NCBI RefSeq assembly: GCF_004010195.1
Contig: NC_057749.1
Location: 23,011,886 to 23,075,885 of the forward strand
Direction: 5' to 3'
Source of the DNA: Chiloscyllium plagiosum
Lineage: Eukaryota
DNA: 64,000 bases
Shown one piece after another: positions 1 through 12,782 of this stretch. The notes below the pieces were generated by a model, which worked only from the letters and a program-made list of their open reading frames with translations, had not been told where the DNA came from and ran no database searches. The position numbers and the translations under genes were made by a program. How positions within the stretch are numbered: position 1 is the stretch's first letter; every line of letters starts with the position of its first letter.

Positions 1-360
1 CCTCAGCAGCTCTCTGCAGTGAAAGTTTCACAGATTCACGACCCTCTGAGAAAAGAAAACTTCCTCATCTCTGTCTTCAATGTGCAACCCATTAATCTGA
101 GATTATGCACTCTGGTCCTAGACTCCCCACAGGGGAACCAATCTTTCCACATCTACCTTGTCAAGTCCACTAAGAATCTTGCATGTCTCAATAAAGTTAC
201 GTCTCGTTCTTCTTAATCCCAGTCAGCATGGGACCAATCTACTCAATCTTTCCTCATATGAAAATCCCTCCCTTTCTGGTGAACTATCTCTCAACTGCCT
301 TCACTGCCATTATATCTTTCCTTTGAAAAGAGGCCCAAGCTGTTGACAGTATTAGTATCA
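1..360 (-). mobile_element. CR1-type LINE fragment (ORF2 C-terminus), decayed
   Basis: Reverse complement resembles the CR1 3' coding block (ESRTR / NFFSQRVVNLW-like) seen in better-preserved copies in this window. Confidence 0.7.
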
Positions 361-519
361 GCATCCATTTCAAAACATAGAATATCACAGAACAAACAGA
401 GGGATGCAGCCTATTGAGTACGTGCTGGCTGTTAAAAAGAACAATCAAGTTAGTTCCACTCTCTCTACGTCTGTCCCAATATCTCCTTCAAGTTTTTTGT
501 CAAATTCGCTTTTGAAAGC

Positions 520-1335
520 TCCCCACAACTCTTTCTCTGGTGCATCGAATGACATCATCGGTGCTGGTCTCCTCTCTCTCGTTCGGAATTGGAAAAGTTT
601 ATCTAGTCAGCTTCAAATTTCCACCCCGCTCTCACCTTCACCTGGTCCATCTTCTACTCCTCCCTTCCCTTCCTTGGCACCCATTTCTGGGAATAGGCTG
701 GTCACCAATCTCTACTACAAATCCCCTGACTCCCGCAGTTACCTTGAGTATCCATTCTCATAATGCCCCCTGTAAGGACTCTGTTTGCTTCTGCTAGTTT
801 CTCTGTCTCTGACTCTGTCACATCTATTCCAATGATGCAAGTTTATATAAGGAGGGCCTCCATAACGTTCACCTTCTTCCTCAACTGAGGATTCCCCACC
901 GCCGTTGTTAAATGGGCTTCTCTGCCATGTCCTACCCATCTTCCATACTTTGGCCCTCACCCCTTCTCTTCCCTCCCACATACACTGATAGGGTCTCTCG
1001 TGTCCTCACTTACCACCTCACCAGCACCCACATCCAAAGGATCATTAGCTGCTATTTCCACCACCTCCAGCTGGATGCCACCACCAGGCACTTATTCCCC
1101 TGTCTTCCCTTGTCAGCCTTCCACAGGGACTGTTCACTCCAGGACACCCTGTTCCACTCCTCCTTTCCTGATGAAGGGCTCCTGCCCGAAACGTCGATTC
1201 TCCTGCTCCTCGGATACTGCATGACCTGCTGTGCTTTTCCAGCACTCTCCACTCCTCCTTCACCCCCAACATGTCCCTGTGACCCCTCCCACCTTCCCAT
1301 TACTGTTTTTGTTTCAGTTTTCCAGCATCCGCAGT
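520..1335 (+). mobile_element. Penelope-like element, decayed RT fragment
   Basis: tgcatcgaatgacatcatcggtgct near 541 is a frameshifted (Y/C)IDDIIGA; LYYKSPDSRSYLEY near 710-760 matches the PLE thumb motif YxKPTDSHSYL; homologous to 55166-55560; interrupted at 1166-1247. Confidence 0.75.
1164..1199 (+). ncRNA. Minimal type I hammerhead ribozyme motif (PLE family A)
   Basis: CTGATGA (1168-1174), stem II GGGC-tcct-GCCC, GAAA, CG-TC; lies in a mini-insertion flanked by 13-bp TSD tccactcctcctt (1153-1165 / 1248-1260). Confidence 0.75.
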
Positions 1336-1589
1336 TCTGTGTGTGTGTTTTTTTTATATGCTATCATAGCTATTAGTGAAAACATGGTTACATCCTTCTG
1401 GTTACAAGGCTTTCAGAAGAGATGGCGAAGGGTATAATAATGGAGGAGGGATTACACCAATAAAAGTCAGATGATATTGTAGAAAGTGGATCAAATGAGG
1501 TCACATGGTTAAAACTAATGAATTAAAAAGCAGAACAATCACACAGTTAGGCATGAGGCCGAATGGTTAGAGAGAGCAGACAGTCTTCT

Positions 1590-2650
1590 CCGCTTTATAA
1601 ATAGGGGCATAGAGTACAAGAGCAGGGGGTGATGTTGAACGTCTACAAGACCCTTGTTTAACCTCAGCTGGAGTATTGTGTACAGTTCTAAGCACCACAT
1701 TATAGGAAGGACATGAAAGCATTGGAAACAATGCAGAAGGGCTTTACAAGAATGGTTCCACAGGTGAGGAACTTCAGTGATGAGGCTAGATTGAAGACGT
1801 TGGGACTGTTCTCCTTGGAGCGAAGAAGGCTAAGGGGGAGATCTGAGAGAGGTTTTCAAAATCATGAGTGGGCAGGATAGAGTTGACAGGGAGAAGCTGT
1901 TACCACTCATAAAAAGAAACAAGAACAAAAGGGGCATAGATTTATAGCAAAGTGCAGAGGCACCAAGGGTAATGTGAGGAAAAAAAAATGTTTACACAAG
2001 GAATAGTTAAGTTATGGAAATGGAAATGTGTGAAGGTTGGTTCATTTGAAGCATTCAATAGCGCAGTGGATGGTTATTCAGATAAAGATGGTGTGCAGAG
2101 GATTTGGGGAAAAGACAGGAAATTGGCACTAAGTTATATAAGAGGCAGGCACAATGCAACAAATGGCTTTTTCTGTGCTGTAACAATTTATTTCATTGGA
2201 GGCAGTTCAGAGAAGGTTTACCAGGCTGATCCCTGGTATTGAGGGATTGTCTTATGAGTAGGTTGGAACACTACTCACTGGAGTTTAGATAAATGAGAGG
2301 TAATTTCATTGAAACATACAGGGTTCTTAAGGGGTTTGACAAGGTGCTTCCCCTCATGGGCGAGTCTAGGACCAGAGGGCATAGTCTCAGAATAAAGGGG
2401 CACCAATTTAAGGCTGAGAAAAGGAGGAGGGTTGTGAATCTTTGGATCTCCTTGCCACAGAAAGCTGTGGGGGCAGAGTCCTTGTGGAAATTCAAAGCTG
2501 AGATAGATTCTCGATCAATTGGGGAATCACGGATTATTGGGAAAGTGGTGGTGAGGGAAGTCGGATCATTCCTGATCCCAAAATAAAATGGCAGAACAGG
2601 CTCAAGGGGCTGAATGGCCTACTGTTGTTACTCTTTCTTATGGTCTTATT
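1590..2650 (+). mobile_element. Two tandem decayed CR1 3' fragments (about 1590-2185 and 2190-2650)
   Basis: Remnants of YKTLVRPQLEYCVQF / RFTRM / LGLFSLE; ORF 2293-2586 contains ESRTRGHSLRIKG. Confidence 0.8.
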
Positions 2651-3054
2651 TACCTCGTAAAATCATCCTTTTTGTTTTGTTCTTTAATCTCGCCTGTCTT
2701 TCACACAGTTGTTCACCCCCCTCCTTTTGTTCTTCTGCAACCCTTCCATCGCTATCCCAATACTTTGTTAAAATCTACCGCATCTCCCAATATTTTCCAC
2801 TTCTAACTAAAGACCATTAATCTGGATTGTTAATTGCTCTCTGTCACCAGATCTTGCCTGAACTGCTGAGTATTTCCAGAATTTTTGATTTATTTCTACC
2901 ATTTGTTTAACTTCCTTTTTGTATTAAAAGTACAATCTTATGTCTTGCAAAACAGGGCTTTTGGGTGAGCAAGACATTCTTTGTAAAAGGTATTACCTGT
3001 TATTTAAGTGAACAGGATCTCTCTTAGATACATGTTTTATTGGGTCAGAATGTA

Positions 3055-4070
3055 GAAAGGAGATAGATGGCTTGGTGTTGTGGTGCGATGAGAACAACCT
3101 CTCTCTCAATGTCGGCAAAACTAAAGAACTAATCATTGACTTTGGAAAGAAATTAGGAGAACACGCCCCCCCCCCACCCCTCCATCTACATCAACAGAAC
3201 TGAAGTGGAGAAGGTGGAGAGCATCAAGTTCCTTGGAATGACAATAACTGACAACCTGACCTGGACTTGACAATCCAGATGCAATGGTCAAGAAGGCACA
3301 ACAATGCCTCTTCTTTCTCGGGAAATTTGGCATGTCCATAAGGACCCTCATCAAGTTTTACAGCTGCACCATTGAAAGCATACTGTCCATGGTACGGCAA
3401 CTGCTCTTCCTAGGACTGTAAGAGACTAGAGAAGGTGGTGTGCACAGACCAGGCCATCACTGAAGCCAACCTCCCATCCATGGACTCCACCTACATGACT
3501 CACTGCCACGGAAAAGGCTGCCAATATCATCAAAGAGCCATCATACCCCGATAATGCTCTCCTACAACCTCTTCCCATCAGGCAGAAAATACAAAAGCTT
3601 GAACACATGCACCAACAGGTTCAAGAGCAGCTTCTTCCCTGCCATTACCAGACTGACTAATGGACTCCCTAACTTCAAATAATGCTGACCTTGTTAATGT
3701 TAAAAATCACACAATACCAGGTTATTGTCCAACAGGTTTATTTTTAAAAACACAAACATTTGGAGCCTTTCTGCTTCTTCAGGTGGAGCAAGGCTCCGAA
3801 GCTTGTGATTTCAACTAAACCTTTCGGATGATAACCTGGTGTCGTGTGATCTTTGACCTTGTCCAACCCAGCCCAACACTGGCTCCTCGCACCTTGCACA
3901 TGTTGTTCTTGCCTGGCGTACACCCTGCGCAGTGTAACCTGCATGCCTCTGTCCAAGTTTCTTTTTCACCTTATCATCTGTATGTCCTTGCTTACGATGA
4001 TCTGCCTGCACGGCTCGTAAACAAAGCTTTTCACTGTACTTCAGTGTGCGGGACAATAAATCAAATCAAG
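3055..4070 (+). mobile_element. Rex1/Babar-clade LINE 3' fragment
   Basis: Reads WCDENNLSLNVGKTKELIIDF ... VESIKFLG ... VKKAQQCLFFL ... FYSCTIESIL ... LLPSGRKYKSL; ends caataaatcaaatcaa; interrupted at about 3698-3890. Confidence 0.8.
3698..3892. mobile_element. Palindromic mini-insertion of PLE family B terminus
   Basis: aatcacacaataccaggttattgtccaacaggttta followed by its approximate inverse taaacctttcggatgataacctggtgtcgtgtgat; truncated ggagc/gctccgaa hammerhead remnant in the centre. Confidence 0.65.
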
Positions 4071-4174
4071 TGCCATTAGAGTTTGGTCTGCAGCTCAGGT
4101 ACACCACGTGGGTGAAATGGTGATGAAAGCATGACGTGCATAACAATCATCCAGAGCAGGAAATCAAAATATCT

Positions 4175-4479
4175 GATTAGATTGCCTACAGTGTGGAAGT
4201 AGGCCTTTTGGCCCAACAAGACCACACCGACCCACCGAAGAGTAACCCACCCAGACCCATTTCCCTCGGGCTAATGTGCCTAACACTATGGGCAATTTAG
4301 CATGGCCACTTCACCTGACCTGCACATCTTCTAGTCTGTGGGAGGAAACCGGAGCAAAACCACACAGACACGAGGAGAATGTGCAAACTCCATACAGACA
4401 GTCGCCTGAGGCTGGAATTGAAGCCGGGTCCCTGGGGCTGTGATGCAGCAATGCTAACCATTGCACCACCGCGCAGCCC
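4175..4479 (-). mobile_element. HE1-like V-SINE
   Basis: tRNA-like head, V-domain (GTGGAGTTTGCACATTCTCC-like core), CR1-like tail with (aatct)n. Confidence 0.9.
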
Positions 4480-5043
4480 TATCTAGCTGGTCTTATGCCA
4501 GCTGTGCCACTTTCGAATTGACCGTTCAATCTGATGTCCTCTCTAAACTTCAGCATTGAACTCCACTAATCCGACTTAAAGTGATCATTTAACTGCCCAC
4601 AGGTGAGTCCCCCTTCATCATGTTTTAAGTTTTGTCTGGCTGATGCAAAGATTCTGTAAGTATTTGGTGCTTTGTAGGTTTTAATTTTGTGACTGTTTAC
4701 AGGGAATGATTTTGCAAGAGATGCAAGTGACCTCATGGTACAGATCAGTCCCTCTTTAGAATGTAGCATGACCACATTGGTGAGGCCTCTTCTGGGGTAG
4801 TGTGCAGTTCTGGTCGCCCGTTAGAAGAAGGACACTATTAAGCTGGAGAGAATTCAGAAGAGATTTACCATGATGTGGGCGGGAATGGAGGGTTTGAGTT
4901 ATAAGGGGAGGCCGGATAGGCTGGGACTGTTTTCAGTGGTGTGTAGGAGTTTGAAGGATGACCTTATAGAGGTTTATAAAATCATGAGGGGCATGGATAA
5001 GTTGAAGGGGGGATATCAAGACTAGAGGGCATATTTTTAAGGT

Positions 5044-5560
5044 TTTTAAAGTTCCTGACAGAAATTTATCTGTACTACCATCTACTGTATCTGTTGCACC
5101 CGATGTAGTCTCCTCTACACTGGGGAGACAGGACGTCAACTTGCAGATCGTTTCAGAGACTATCTCTGGGACACTCGCACTAACCCCACTGGGACACTGA
5201 CACAACCCCACCGCCCCGTGGCTGAACATTTCAACTCCCCCTCCCACTCCACCAAGGACATGCAAGTCCTGGGCCTTGAACTGTCCTACCTGTCCATCTT
5301 CCTTCCCACCTATGTGCTCCACCCTTCTCTCCGACCTATCACCTTCCCACTTACCTTCATCTACCTATTGCCTTCCCCACAGTCCCATCCCCCTCCCATT
5401 TATCTCTCAGCCCCTTGGGCCACAAGCCTCATTCCTGATGAAGGGCTTATGCCCGAAACGTCGACTTTCCTGCTCCTCAGATGCTGCCTGGCCTGCTGTG
5501 CTTTTCCAGCACCACACTCTCCAACTCTGACTCTCCAGCATCTGCAGTCCTCATTTTCTC
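5044..5560 (+). mobile_element. Penelope-like element (family A), GIY-YIG fragment plus terminus
   Basis: IYCICCTRCSLLYTGETGRQLADRFRDY is a GIY-YIG endonuclease motif; perfect 14-bp TSD catatttttaaggt (5030-5043 / 5561-5574). Confidence 0.9.
5431..5466 (+). ncRNA. Minimal type I hammerhead ribozyme motif (PLE family A)
   Basis: CTGATGA (5435-5441), GGGC-ttat-GCCC, GAAA, CG-TC; core intact. Confidence 0.75.
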
Positions 5561-6114
5561 CATATTTTTAAGGTGAGAGTAGAGAGATTTCAAAAACGAC
5601 ATGAGGGACATTTTTTTTTACACCGAGTGTGGCTCATATGTGGAATAAACTACCAGAGGATGTGATGGATGCGGGTACAATTACAATGTTTAAAAGCCAT
5701 TTGGATAAGTACATGAATAGGAAATGTTTAGCGGGATCTGGGCCATGCGCAGGCAGGTGGGACTAGTTTAGTTGGGGATTATGTTCAGCATGGACTGGTT
5801 GGACCCAAGGGTCTGTTTCCATGCTGTTTGACTCTATGACTCTATACATTAGGACAAAAAGCTGCTGGAAAAGTGGGGAAGCAGAAGATGAAGGTTCTCA
5901 CTAAGAGACCATTTTCAGCCAGTGTTTTTAAGGGATAATTTTCCTATCTAAATAATGTACACAAAATATCTACTCTAATAAGAACATCTTTACTGAAATC
6001 TCCCATCTGCTGTGTGGCAGCAGAGGATAGATCGCATTGCCAGTGACTACGAAGAGGATTATAGCGTCTGTTGTTTCTTTCCAGGCTGAAATTAGAGATT
6101 TCTGCAACAATAAG

Positions 6115-6515
6115 ACCATAGACTACTGGAAAAAGGAAGAGGAGTAGACCATTTGGCCCCTCAAGTCTGCATTACTATTCAGTAGAATCATAGCTGATCC
6201 GGCAATCCTTTCAGCTACTTTACCCTCTTCTCCCTGAAACGCTTGACTCCCCAACTGATCAAGAATCGATCTCAGCCTTAAATATGTGCAAGGACTCTGC
6301 CCCCACAGGCCTTTTTGGCAACAAGCTCCAAAGATTCTCAACCCTCTGAGAGAAGAAATTCCTCCTCATCTCAGTCAGAAATTGGTGTCCCTTTATTCTG
6401 AGACTGTGCCCTCTGGTCCTGGACCCTCGTATGAGGGGAACCATCCTCTCAGCGTTGACCCTGTCAAGACCCTTAAAAATCAGACATGTTTCAATGAAAT
6501 CATCTCTCATTCTAT
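6115..6515 (-). mobile_element. CR1-type LINE 3' fragment
   Basis: ORF 6259-6609 contains RGSRTRGHSLRIKG...NFFSQRVENLWSLLP. Confidence 0.85.
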
Positions 6516-7118
6516 TAAAGCCCACATTAGCTGGGACACCTTCAATTGTAGAGAGAATTCTAAATGGAATACATTTTACCGCAGTCAGTGCCAATTGTAG
6601 AAAAATCAAACCAAATGTGTATCACAATTGCATACTGACTTCAAGACACTTATCTTTCACAATCTTAAGAATTCTTCTCTCTTTCTCTCTCTCTAACAGG
6701 AGAGTGGGACTATGATGACTTTACATGGCTGAACAAGAGTCAATATTCACAGAGATCTGTTGCACATCCCCATGTTAAGCAGACACCTATTGCCACTGGC
6801 TCAGCACTGAGGAAGAAGATAAAGGGAGGGGAGACATTCTTCTCTGGTTGGAACATCAGTAAAGAATGTATCCAAGCATCACTCAGCAACCACCATCCCA
6901 ATTCCCTCTTCACCCATATCTTACCTGCTCTCCTAATTTTGACAACTTACCACATCCACTTGGTCACAATGCAAATATGAAAGCCACCATAAAATGAACA
7001 TTCTGGACCAGGCTTGTAAATGAAGTTGTGTCAAATTGCATTGAAGAAAAGTTAACTTTTCACCCTTGTGCATTCCCTCAGCATTTGCCCCCTTACCTGT
7101 GCTAGTGTTCCTATGCAT

Positions 7119-7590
7119 GGTGGCATGGTGGCTCAGTAGTTAGTACTATTATCTCACAGCGCCAGGGACCCGGGTTTGATTCCTGCCTCAGGCAACTGTC
7201 TGTGTGGAGTTTGCACATTCTCCCCATGTCTGTGTGGGTTTCCTCTGAGTGCTCCGATTTCCTCCCACAGTCCAAAGATGTGCAGGTCAGGTGAATTGGC
7301 CATGCTAAATTGCCCGTAGTGTTAGGTAAGGGGTAAATGTAGGGGTATGGGTGGGTTGCGCTTCGGCGGGTCGGCGTGGACTTGTTGGGCCGAAGGGCCT
7401 GTTTCCACATTGTAATGTAATCTAATCTAATCTAACATGTGCAGGTTAGTTGAATGGACCATGCTAAATTGCCCATAGCCAGGGGTAAATATAGGGAAGG
7501 GAATGGTTCTGGATGGGTTACTCTTCGGAGGGTCGAACTGGGCATGTTGGGCCAAAGGGCCTGTTTCTATACTGTAGGTAATCTAATCTA
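7119..7590 (+). mobile_element. HE1-like V-SINE (7119-7435) with a tandem partial copy (7437-7590)
   Basis: A box TGGCTCAGTAG, B box GGTTTGATTCC, V-domain, (aatct)n tail; second copy starts at atgtgcaggttag. Confidence 0.9.
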
Positions 7591-7913
7591 CGCAGTGTTA
7601 CCCAGCACAGGTTCTGGATAGCTGCCTCTGACAAAGGAAGTGGAGGATGTTATTAGAGGATGACCTGAAACAGCTCTCGCCCTGAGAGTCCAGGCTGCAG
7701 ACTACACCATCAAGGGCTTTGGACAGCAGTAGTCTGAATTCATCAGTCCAACGGGCAGCAGTAGGGACTAAAAGGCAGAACCCTCTGCATCAGAACTCAT
7801 GTGAACTGCCCTCCAGAAACTACGATTGGTGCAAATCCTACCTCCATGCTACCCTCTAAGTTAATGTCAGCACACAAACTGATGGCTGAGAGAGTGAGTT
7901 AGGGCTGACATCC

Positions 7914-8277
7914 ATAGAGTCATAGAGATGTACAGCATGGAAACAGACCCTTCGGTCGAACTCCGTCCATGCCAACCAGATATCCCAACCCAATCCAGTC
8001 CCACCTGCCAGCACCTGGCCCATATCCCTCCAAACACTTCCTATTCATATACCCATCCAAATGCCTCTTCAATGTTGCAATTGTACCAGCCTCCACCACA
8101 TCCTCTGGCAGCTCGTTCTATACATGTACCACCCTCTGCGTGAAAAAGTTGTCCCTTAGGTCTCTTTTATATCTTTCCCTTCTCACCCTAAACCTATCCC
8201 CTCTAGTTCTGGACTCCCCGACCCCAGGGAAAAGATTTTGCCTATTTATCCTATCCATGCCCCTCATAATTTTGTAA
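7914..8277 (-). mobile_element. Young CR1/HER1-type LINE 3' end, running into the gap
   Basis: YKIMRGMDRINRQNLFPGVGESRTRG...NFFTQRVV; (ctctatga)n tail. Confidence 0.9.
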
Positions 8278-9215
8278 NNNNNNNNNNNNNNNNNNNNNNN
8301 NNNNNNNNNNNNNNNNNNNNNNNNNNNNNNNNNNNNNNNNNNNNNNNNNNNNNNNNNNNNNNNNNNNNNNNNNNNNNNNNNNNNNNNNNNNNNNNNNNNN
8401 NNNNNNNNNNNNNNNNNNNNNNNNNNNNNNNNNNNNNNNNNNNNNNNNNNNNNNNNNNNNNNNNNNNNNNNNNNNNNNNNNNNNNNNNNNNNNNNNNNNN
8501 NNNNNNNNNNNNNNNNNNNNNNNNNNNNNNNNNNNNNNNNNNNNNNNNNNNNNNNNNNNNNNNNNNNNNNNNNNNNNNNNNNNNNNNNNNNNNNNNNNNN
8601 NNNNNNNNNNNNNNNNNNNNNNNNNNNNNNNNNNNNNNNNNNNNNNNNNNNNNNNNNNNNNNNNNNNNNNNNNNNNNNNNNNNNNNNNNNNNNNNNNNNN
8701 NNNNNNNNNNNNNNNNNNNNNNNNNNNNNNNNNNNNNNNNNNNNNNNNNNNNNNNNNNNNNNNNNNNNNNNNNNNNNNNNNNNNNNNNNNNNNNNNNNNN
8801 NNNNNNNNNNNNNNNNNNNNNNNNNNNNNNNNNNNNNNNNNNNNNNNNNNNNNNNNNNNNNNNNNNNNNNNNNNNNNNNNNNNNNNNNNNNNNNNNNNNN
8901 NNNNNNNNNNNNNNNNNNNNNNNNNNNNNNNNNNNNNNNNNNNNNNNNNNNNNNNNNNNNNNNNNNNNNNNNNNNNNNNNNNNNNNNNNNNNNNNNNNNN
9001 NNNNNNNNNNNNNNNNNNNNNNNNNNNNNNNNNNNNNNNNNNNNNNNNNNNNNNNNNNNNNNNNNNNNNNNNNNNNNNNNNNNNNNNNNNNNNNNNNNNN
9101 NNNNNNNNNNNNNNNNNNNNNNNNNNNNNNNNNNNNNNNNNNNNNNNNNNNNNNNNNNNNNNNNNNNNNNNNNNNNNNNNNNNNNNNNNNNNNNNNNNNN
9201 NNNNNNNNNNNNNNN
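8278..9215. other. Assembly gap (N run)
   Basis: About 938 N, flanked on both sides by minus-strand CR1 sequence, so probably an unresolved LINE. Confidence 0.99.
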
Positions 9216-9645
9216 TCCACACAAAGGCCGCCTTGCTGATCTTTGAGGGGAGAAAGTGAGGACTGCAGATGCTGGAGATCAGAGCTGGAAATGTGTTGCT
9301 GGAAAAGCGCAGCAGGTCAGGCAGCATCCAGGGAACAGGAGAATCGACGTTTCGGGCATAAGCCCTTCTTCAGGAAAGGATCTTTGAGGGGCCCTATTCT
9401 CTCCATAGTTACCCTTTTGTCATTAATATATTTGTAAAACCCCTTTGGATTCTCCTTAATTCTATTTGCCAAAGCTATCTCATGTCCCCTTTTTGCCCTC
9501 CTTATTTCCTTCTTCAGTATACTCCTACTTCGATTATACTCTTCTAAGGATTCACTCGATCTATCCTGTCTATACCTGACATATGCTTCCTTCTTTTTCT
9601 TAACCAAATCCTCAATTTCTTTAGTAAACCCTCAATTTCTTTAGT
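9216..9645 (-). mobile_element. CR1 ORF2 internal fragment
   Basis: EIRRAKRGHEIALANRIKENPKGFYKYINDKRVTMERIGPLKD, typical of the CR1 endonuclease-RT linker. Confidence 0.9.
9251..9378 (-). mobile_element. PLE family A mini-insertion with hammerhead motif (core 9346-9373)
   Basis: Reverse complement ttc-CTGAAGA-a-GGGC-ttat-GCCC-GAAA-CGTC-gattc; 13-bp TSD gatctttgagggg (9238-9250 / 9379-9391). Confidence 0.85.
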
Positions 9646-10294
9646 ATGACATTCTGACAGCGCCACAGGGTCGTCATCATAACCTTATAGCTGTAGCTCC
9701 ACCAGCACCTGGCTAGGCTGTACCTCTCAAGCATCTGGAAGGCGGACAAAACACAAGGGTCAGGTTGTGGTCCTAGTTCCAGGGAAAGTAAGAGGTTCAT
9801 GGTGACGCTATGGCAGCTTCCATACCAGACAGCAGCGTGGGATGAGGGAGAGGTAGACCATGAGAAATAAGATTAGGCACATGGGCACTATCATCTCTGA
9901 TGAATACAGCTGCACTCTTGGTGTATTGCCCACTGCAATAATGGCCAGCAGAACCCCCTCCCATGCAGATGCACTTGCCAACAACATCTGTGAGGGTTGG
10001 TCAAAACCTGAATGGTGGGCCTAAGTCCTGAGTAATGTAGATTGCCAATTGGTGAGTGAGGAGCTGGTGGTGACTATGAGCAGTATGAGATTTGGGGTAT
10101 GGTTGATTAGATGTAATAATTAAATCTTGGCCATTCATAGGAGGTCATTGTAATTCTAGCTGCACTGCATTCAGGCTTTTGGGGTATGATTTCTGTGTGA
10201 CCCTCACTGCTATCTTCACCCATTCCTTTCTGAATGTGTGTCTGGAAGGTCTCCTTACTCCCTGCATCCACCTCCTCCTTTCCACATCCTCTAA

Positions 10295-10622
10295 TGCATG
10301 GTGGCTCAGTGGTTAGCACTGTTGCCTCACAGTACAGGGACCCAGGTAAAACTCCAACCTCAGGCGACAGTCTGTGTGGAGTTTGAACATTCTCTCGTGT
10401 CTGTGTGGGTTTCCTCCCACAGTCCAAAGTTGTGCAGGCTAGGTGGATTGGTCATGTTAACTGGCCCACAGTGTCCAGGGGTGAGCAGACTAGGTGGGGG
10501 CTAGCCATGGGAAATCGCAGGATTACAGGAATGGGTTGGCACTGGGCGGGATGCTCTTCAGAGAGTCAGCGCAGACTCGATGAGGCTGAATGGCCTGCGT
10601 CCACACAGTAGGGAGTCTATGG
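10295..10622 (+). mobile_element. HE1-like V-SINE
   Basis: ggtggctcagtggttagcact head, V-domain, CR1-like tail. Confidence 0.85.
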
Positions 10623-10876
10623 TTCCTCCAGTCCAACACTCTAAAAATCTTGGAACATATTCTTGCTGTATTGTTCTGCTCGTTATTGTTTCCCAGCTCC
10701 AAGCCATGATATAGTCCCCCTTTTAGGAAGGTCTGAGTAGTTACAGGCAGCCTGTCAATGCTGTGGTTAGTGCACGGAGTTCATTGAAACCATTGAAATG
10801 AATGGTACAAAATTGGCATGCTGTCACGGTGAATCATTGGGAGGCGATTCGTCATGTTTCAGGGTCTATCAAATTA

Positions 10877-11515
10877 ACAACAATTACATTCAAATAGCAT
10901 CTTTCATATAATAAGATGCTTTAAGGCATTTCTCATGTGCATTAAGACCAAGGATGACATCGAGCCTCATAAGGAGGGCAGACAGTCAAATGCTTGGTTG
11001 AGGAGGGAAGCTTAAAGGAGCATTTTGAAGATGGGAAGCAAGGCGCAGTGAGGTAATCCTAGAGTTTAGGACCACAGAGGCTACCGCCAGTGATGGAGCT
11101 ATTAGAAACAGAGATGGTCAAGAGGCTAGTATTAGGAAAGTAGAGATCGCAGAGGGTTGTGGCTAGAGGAGATTGCATATACAGGGAGAGTATAGCCGTG
11201 GAGGGATTTGAAAGCATGGATGAGAATTTCAGAATGGATGTTTTGCTTAAATGGGAGCTAATGTATGTCACTGAGCAGATGAGTGACGGGTGTATAGGAT
11301 TTGGTGCAGGTTAGGACAAAGGCAGCAGAATCGCAGATAACCTCAAACCAAAGATAACAAAAGCCAGAAATAAGGGAGTCAGCTGGAGATAAACTAAGGC
11401 ATGGACAGAGTTGGGTAAGTAAGGTAGAGTAGATAGTCATAGAGACAGTATGGATATAGAATTAGAAACTCATCTCAGTGCTTCAGAATCAGAGGGTTGT
11501 CTGAGATGGCAGGAG
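10877..11515 (-). mobile_element. Old L2-like LINE fragment
   Basis: Reverse strand ends in a gatgctatttgaatgtaattgttgtt-type tail and is pyrimidine-rich like L2 ORF2; heavily decayed. Confidence 0.45.
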
Positions 11516-11519
11516 TTGG

Positions 11520-12750
11520 TGTCTGAGGAACATTCTTTGATGGCGTGACCAGGAAGGTTGACGAGGCAGGTCGAGGGTGGACACAGTCTATATGGATTTC
11601 AGTAAGGTTCCACATGTAGGCTGTTCTGGAAAGTTATTTTGCATGGAATCCAGGGAGAGCTGGCAAATTGGATACACAATGGGCTTGATGGTAGGAAGCA
11701 GAGGGTAATAGTGGAAGGATGTTGTCGCACTGGAGGCCTGTGACTCGTGGAGTGCCTCAGGGTTGGTGCTGGGCCCAGCGCTGTTTGTTATCTATATCCA
11801 TGATTTGGATGAGAATGTAGAAGGCATGATTAGTAAGTTTGCTGATGGCACTAAAGTAGGCGACATCGTGGACAGTGAGGAAGGTTATCAGAAATTGCAG
11901 CAGGACCTTGAGCAGCTGGGAGAGTGGGCCAAGAAATGGTAAATGGAGTTTAATAGATAAGTGTGAGGTCTTGCATTTAGGAAAGCCTAAACAAGGTAGG
12001 AGTTTCATGGTGAATGGTAGGGCCTTAAGGAATATAGTGAAACAGAGGGATCTTGGAGTTCAGGTTCACAGTTCTCTGAAAGTGCGGTCACAGGTGGACA
12101 AGGCAGTGAAGAAGGCTTTTGGCACACTGGCCTTCATCAGTCCGGGTATTGAGTATAGACGTTGGGAAGTTATGTTGCAATTGTACAGGACATTGATGAG
12201 GCTGCTCTTGGAGTATTGTGTTCAGTTTTTGTCAACTTGCTATAGGAAGGATGTTATTAAACTGGAAAAAGTGCAGAAGAAATTCACAAGGATGTTGCCA
12301 GGACTCAAGGGCCTGAGTAATAGGATGAGATTGGACAAGCTAGGAATTGTTCTTTCGAGTATAGGAGACTAAGGGGGGATCTTATAGAAATGTATAAGAT
12401 CATGAGAGGTATAGATAGAGTGAATGCACTCAGTCTTTTTCCCAGGGTTGGGGAAGAGGACTAGAGGGTATCAGTTTAAAGTTGGGGGGAAATGAATAAA
12501 AGGGAACCTGGGGGGCAACATTACTTACACAGAGGGTGGCACGCATATTAAATGAGCTGGAAGCGGAAGTGGTTCAGGCGGGTACTTTAACAACATTTAA
12601 AATGCATTTGGACAAATCCATGGGTAGGAAAGATTTAGAAGGATATGGGCCAAGTGCAGGAAAATTAGATTAATGAGGACGGACATTTTGGTCAGCATGG
12701 ACCAGTTTGGGTCAAATGGCCTGTCTCTGTGCTGTAGGACTCTATGAGAG
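11520..12750 (+). mobile_element. CR1-type LINE RT fragment with 3' end
   Basis: GVPQGLVLGP, YIHDLD, KFADGTK, DKCEVLHLG, YRTLMRLLLEYCVQF; frameshifted. Confidence 0.92.
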
Positions 12751-12782
12751 GGATTTATGGCTTTAAAACAATGCAATTATTT

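Larger units (their letters stand above)
4775..5846 (+). mobile_element. CR1-type LINE 3' fragment split by a Penelope insertion
   Basis: CR1 ORF2 end and (ctctatga)n tail; interrupted by 5044-5560. Confidence 0.85.

Noticed and set aside
4554..4655. Splice-like signals cag|gtgagt and gtaagt
   Set aside because: The upstream candidate is closed in all frames and the downstream peptide is unrecognised.
7119..7195. tRNA genes at HE1 heads
   Set aside because: Heads run straight into the V-domain; these are SINEs, not functional tRNAs.
8118..9327. Four ORFs of 318-368 aa
   Set aside because: Artefacts of translating the N gap.
9650..10270. Possible Harbinger-like remnants (also 6720-6950 and 7600-7910)
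   Set aside because: Compositional impression only; no clear catalytic motif or terminal repeats.
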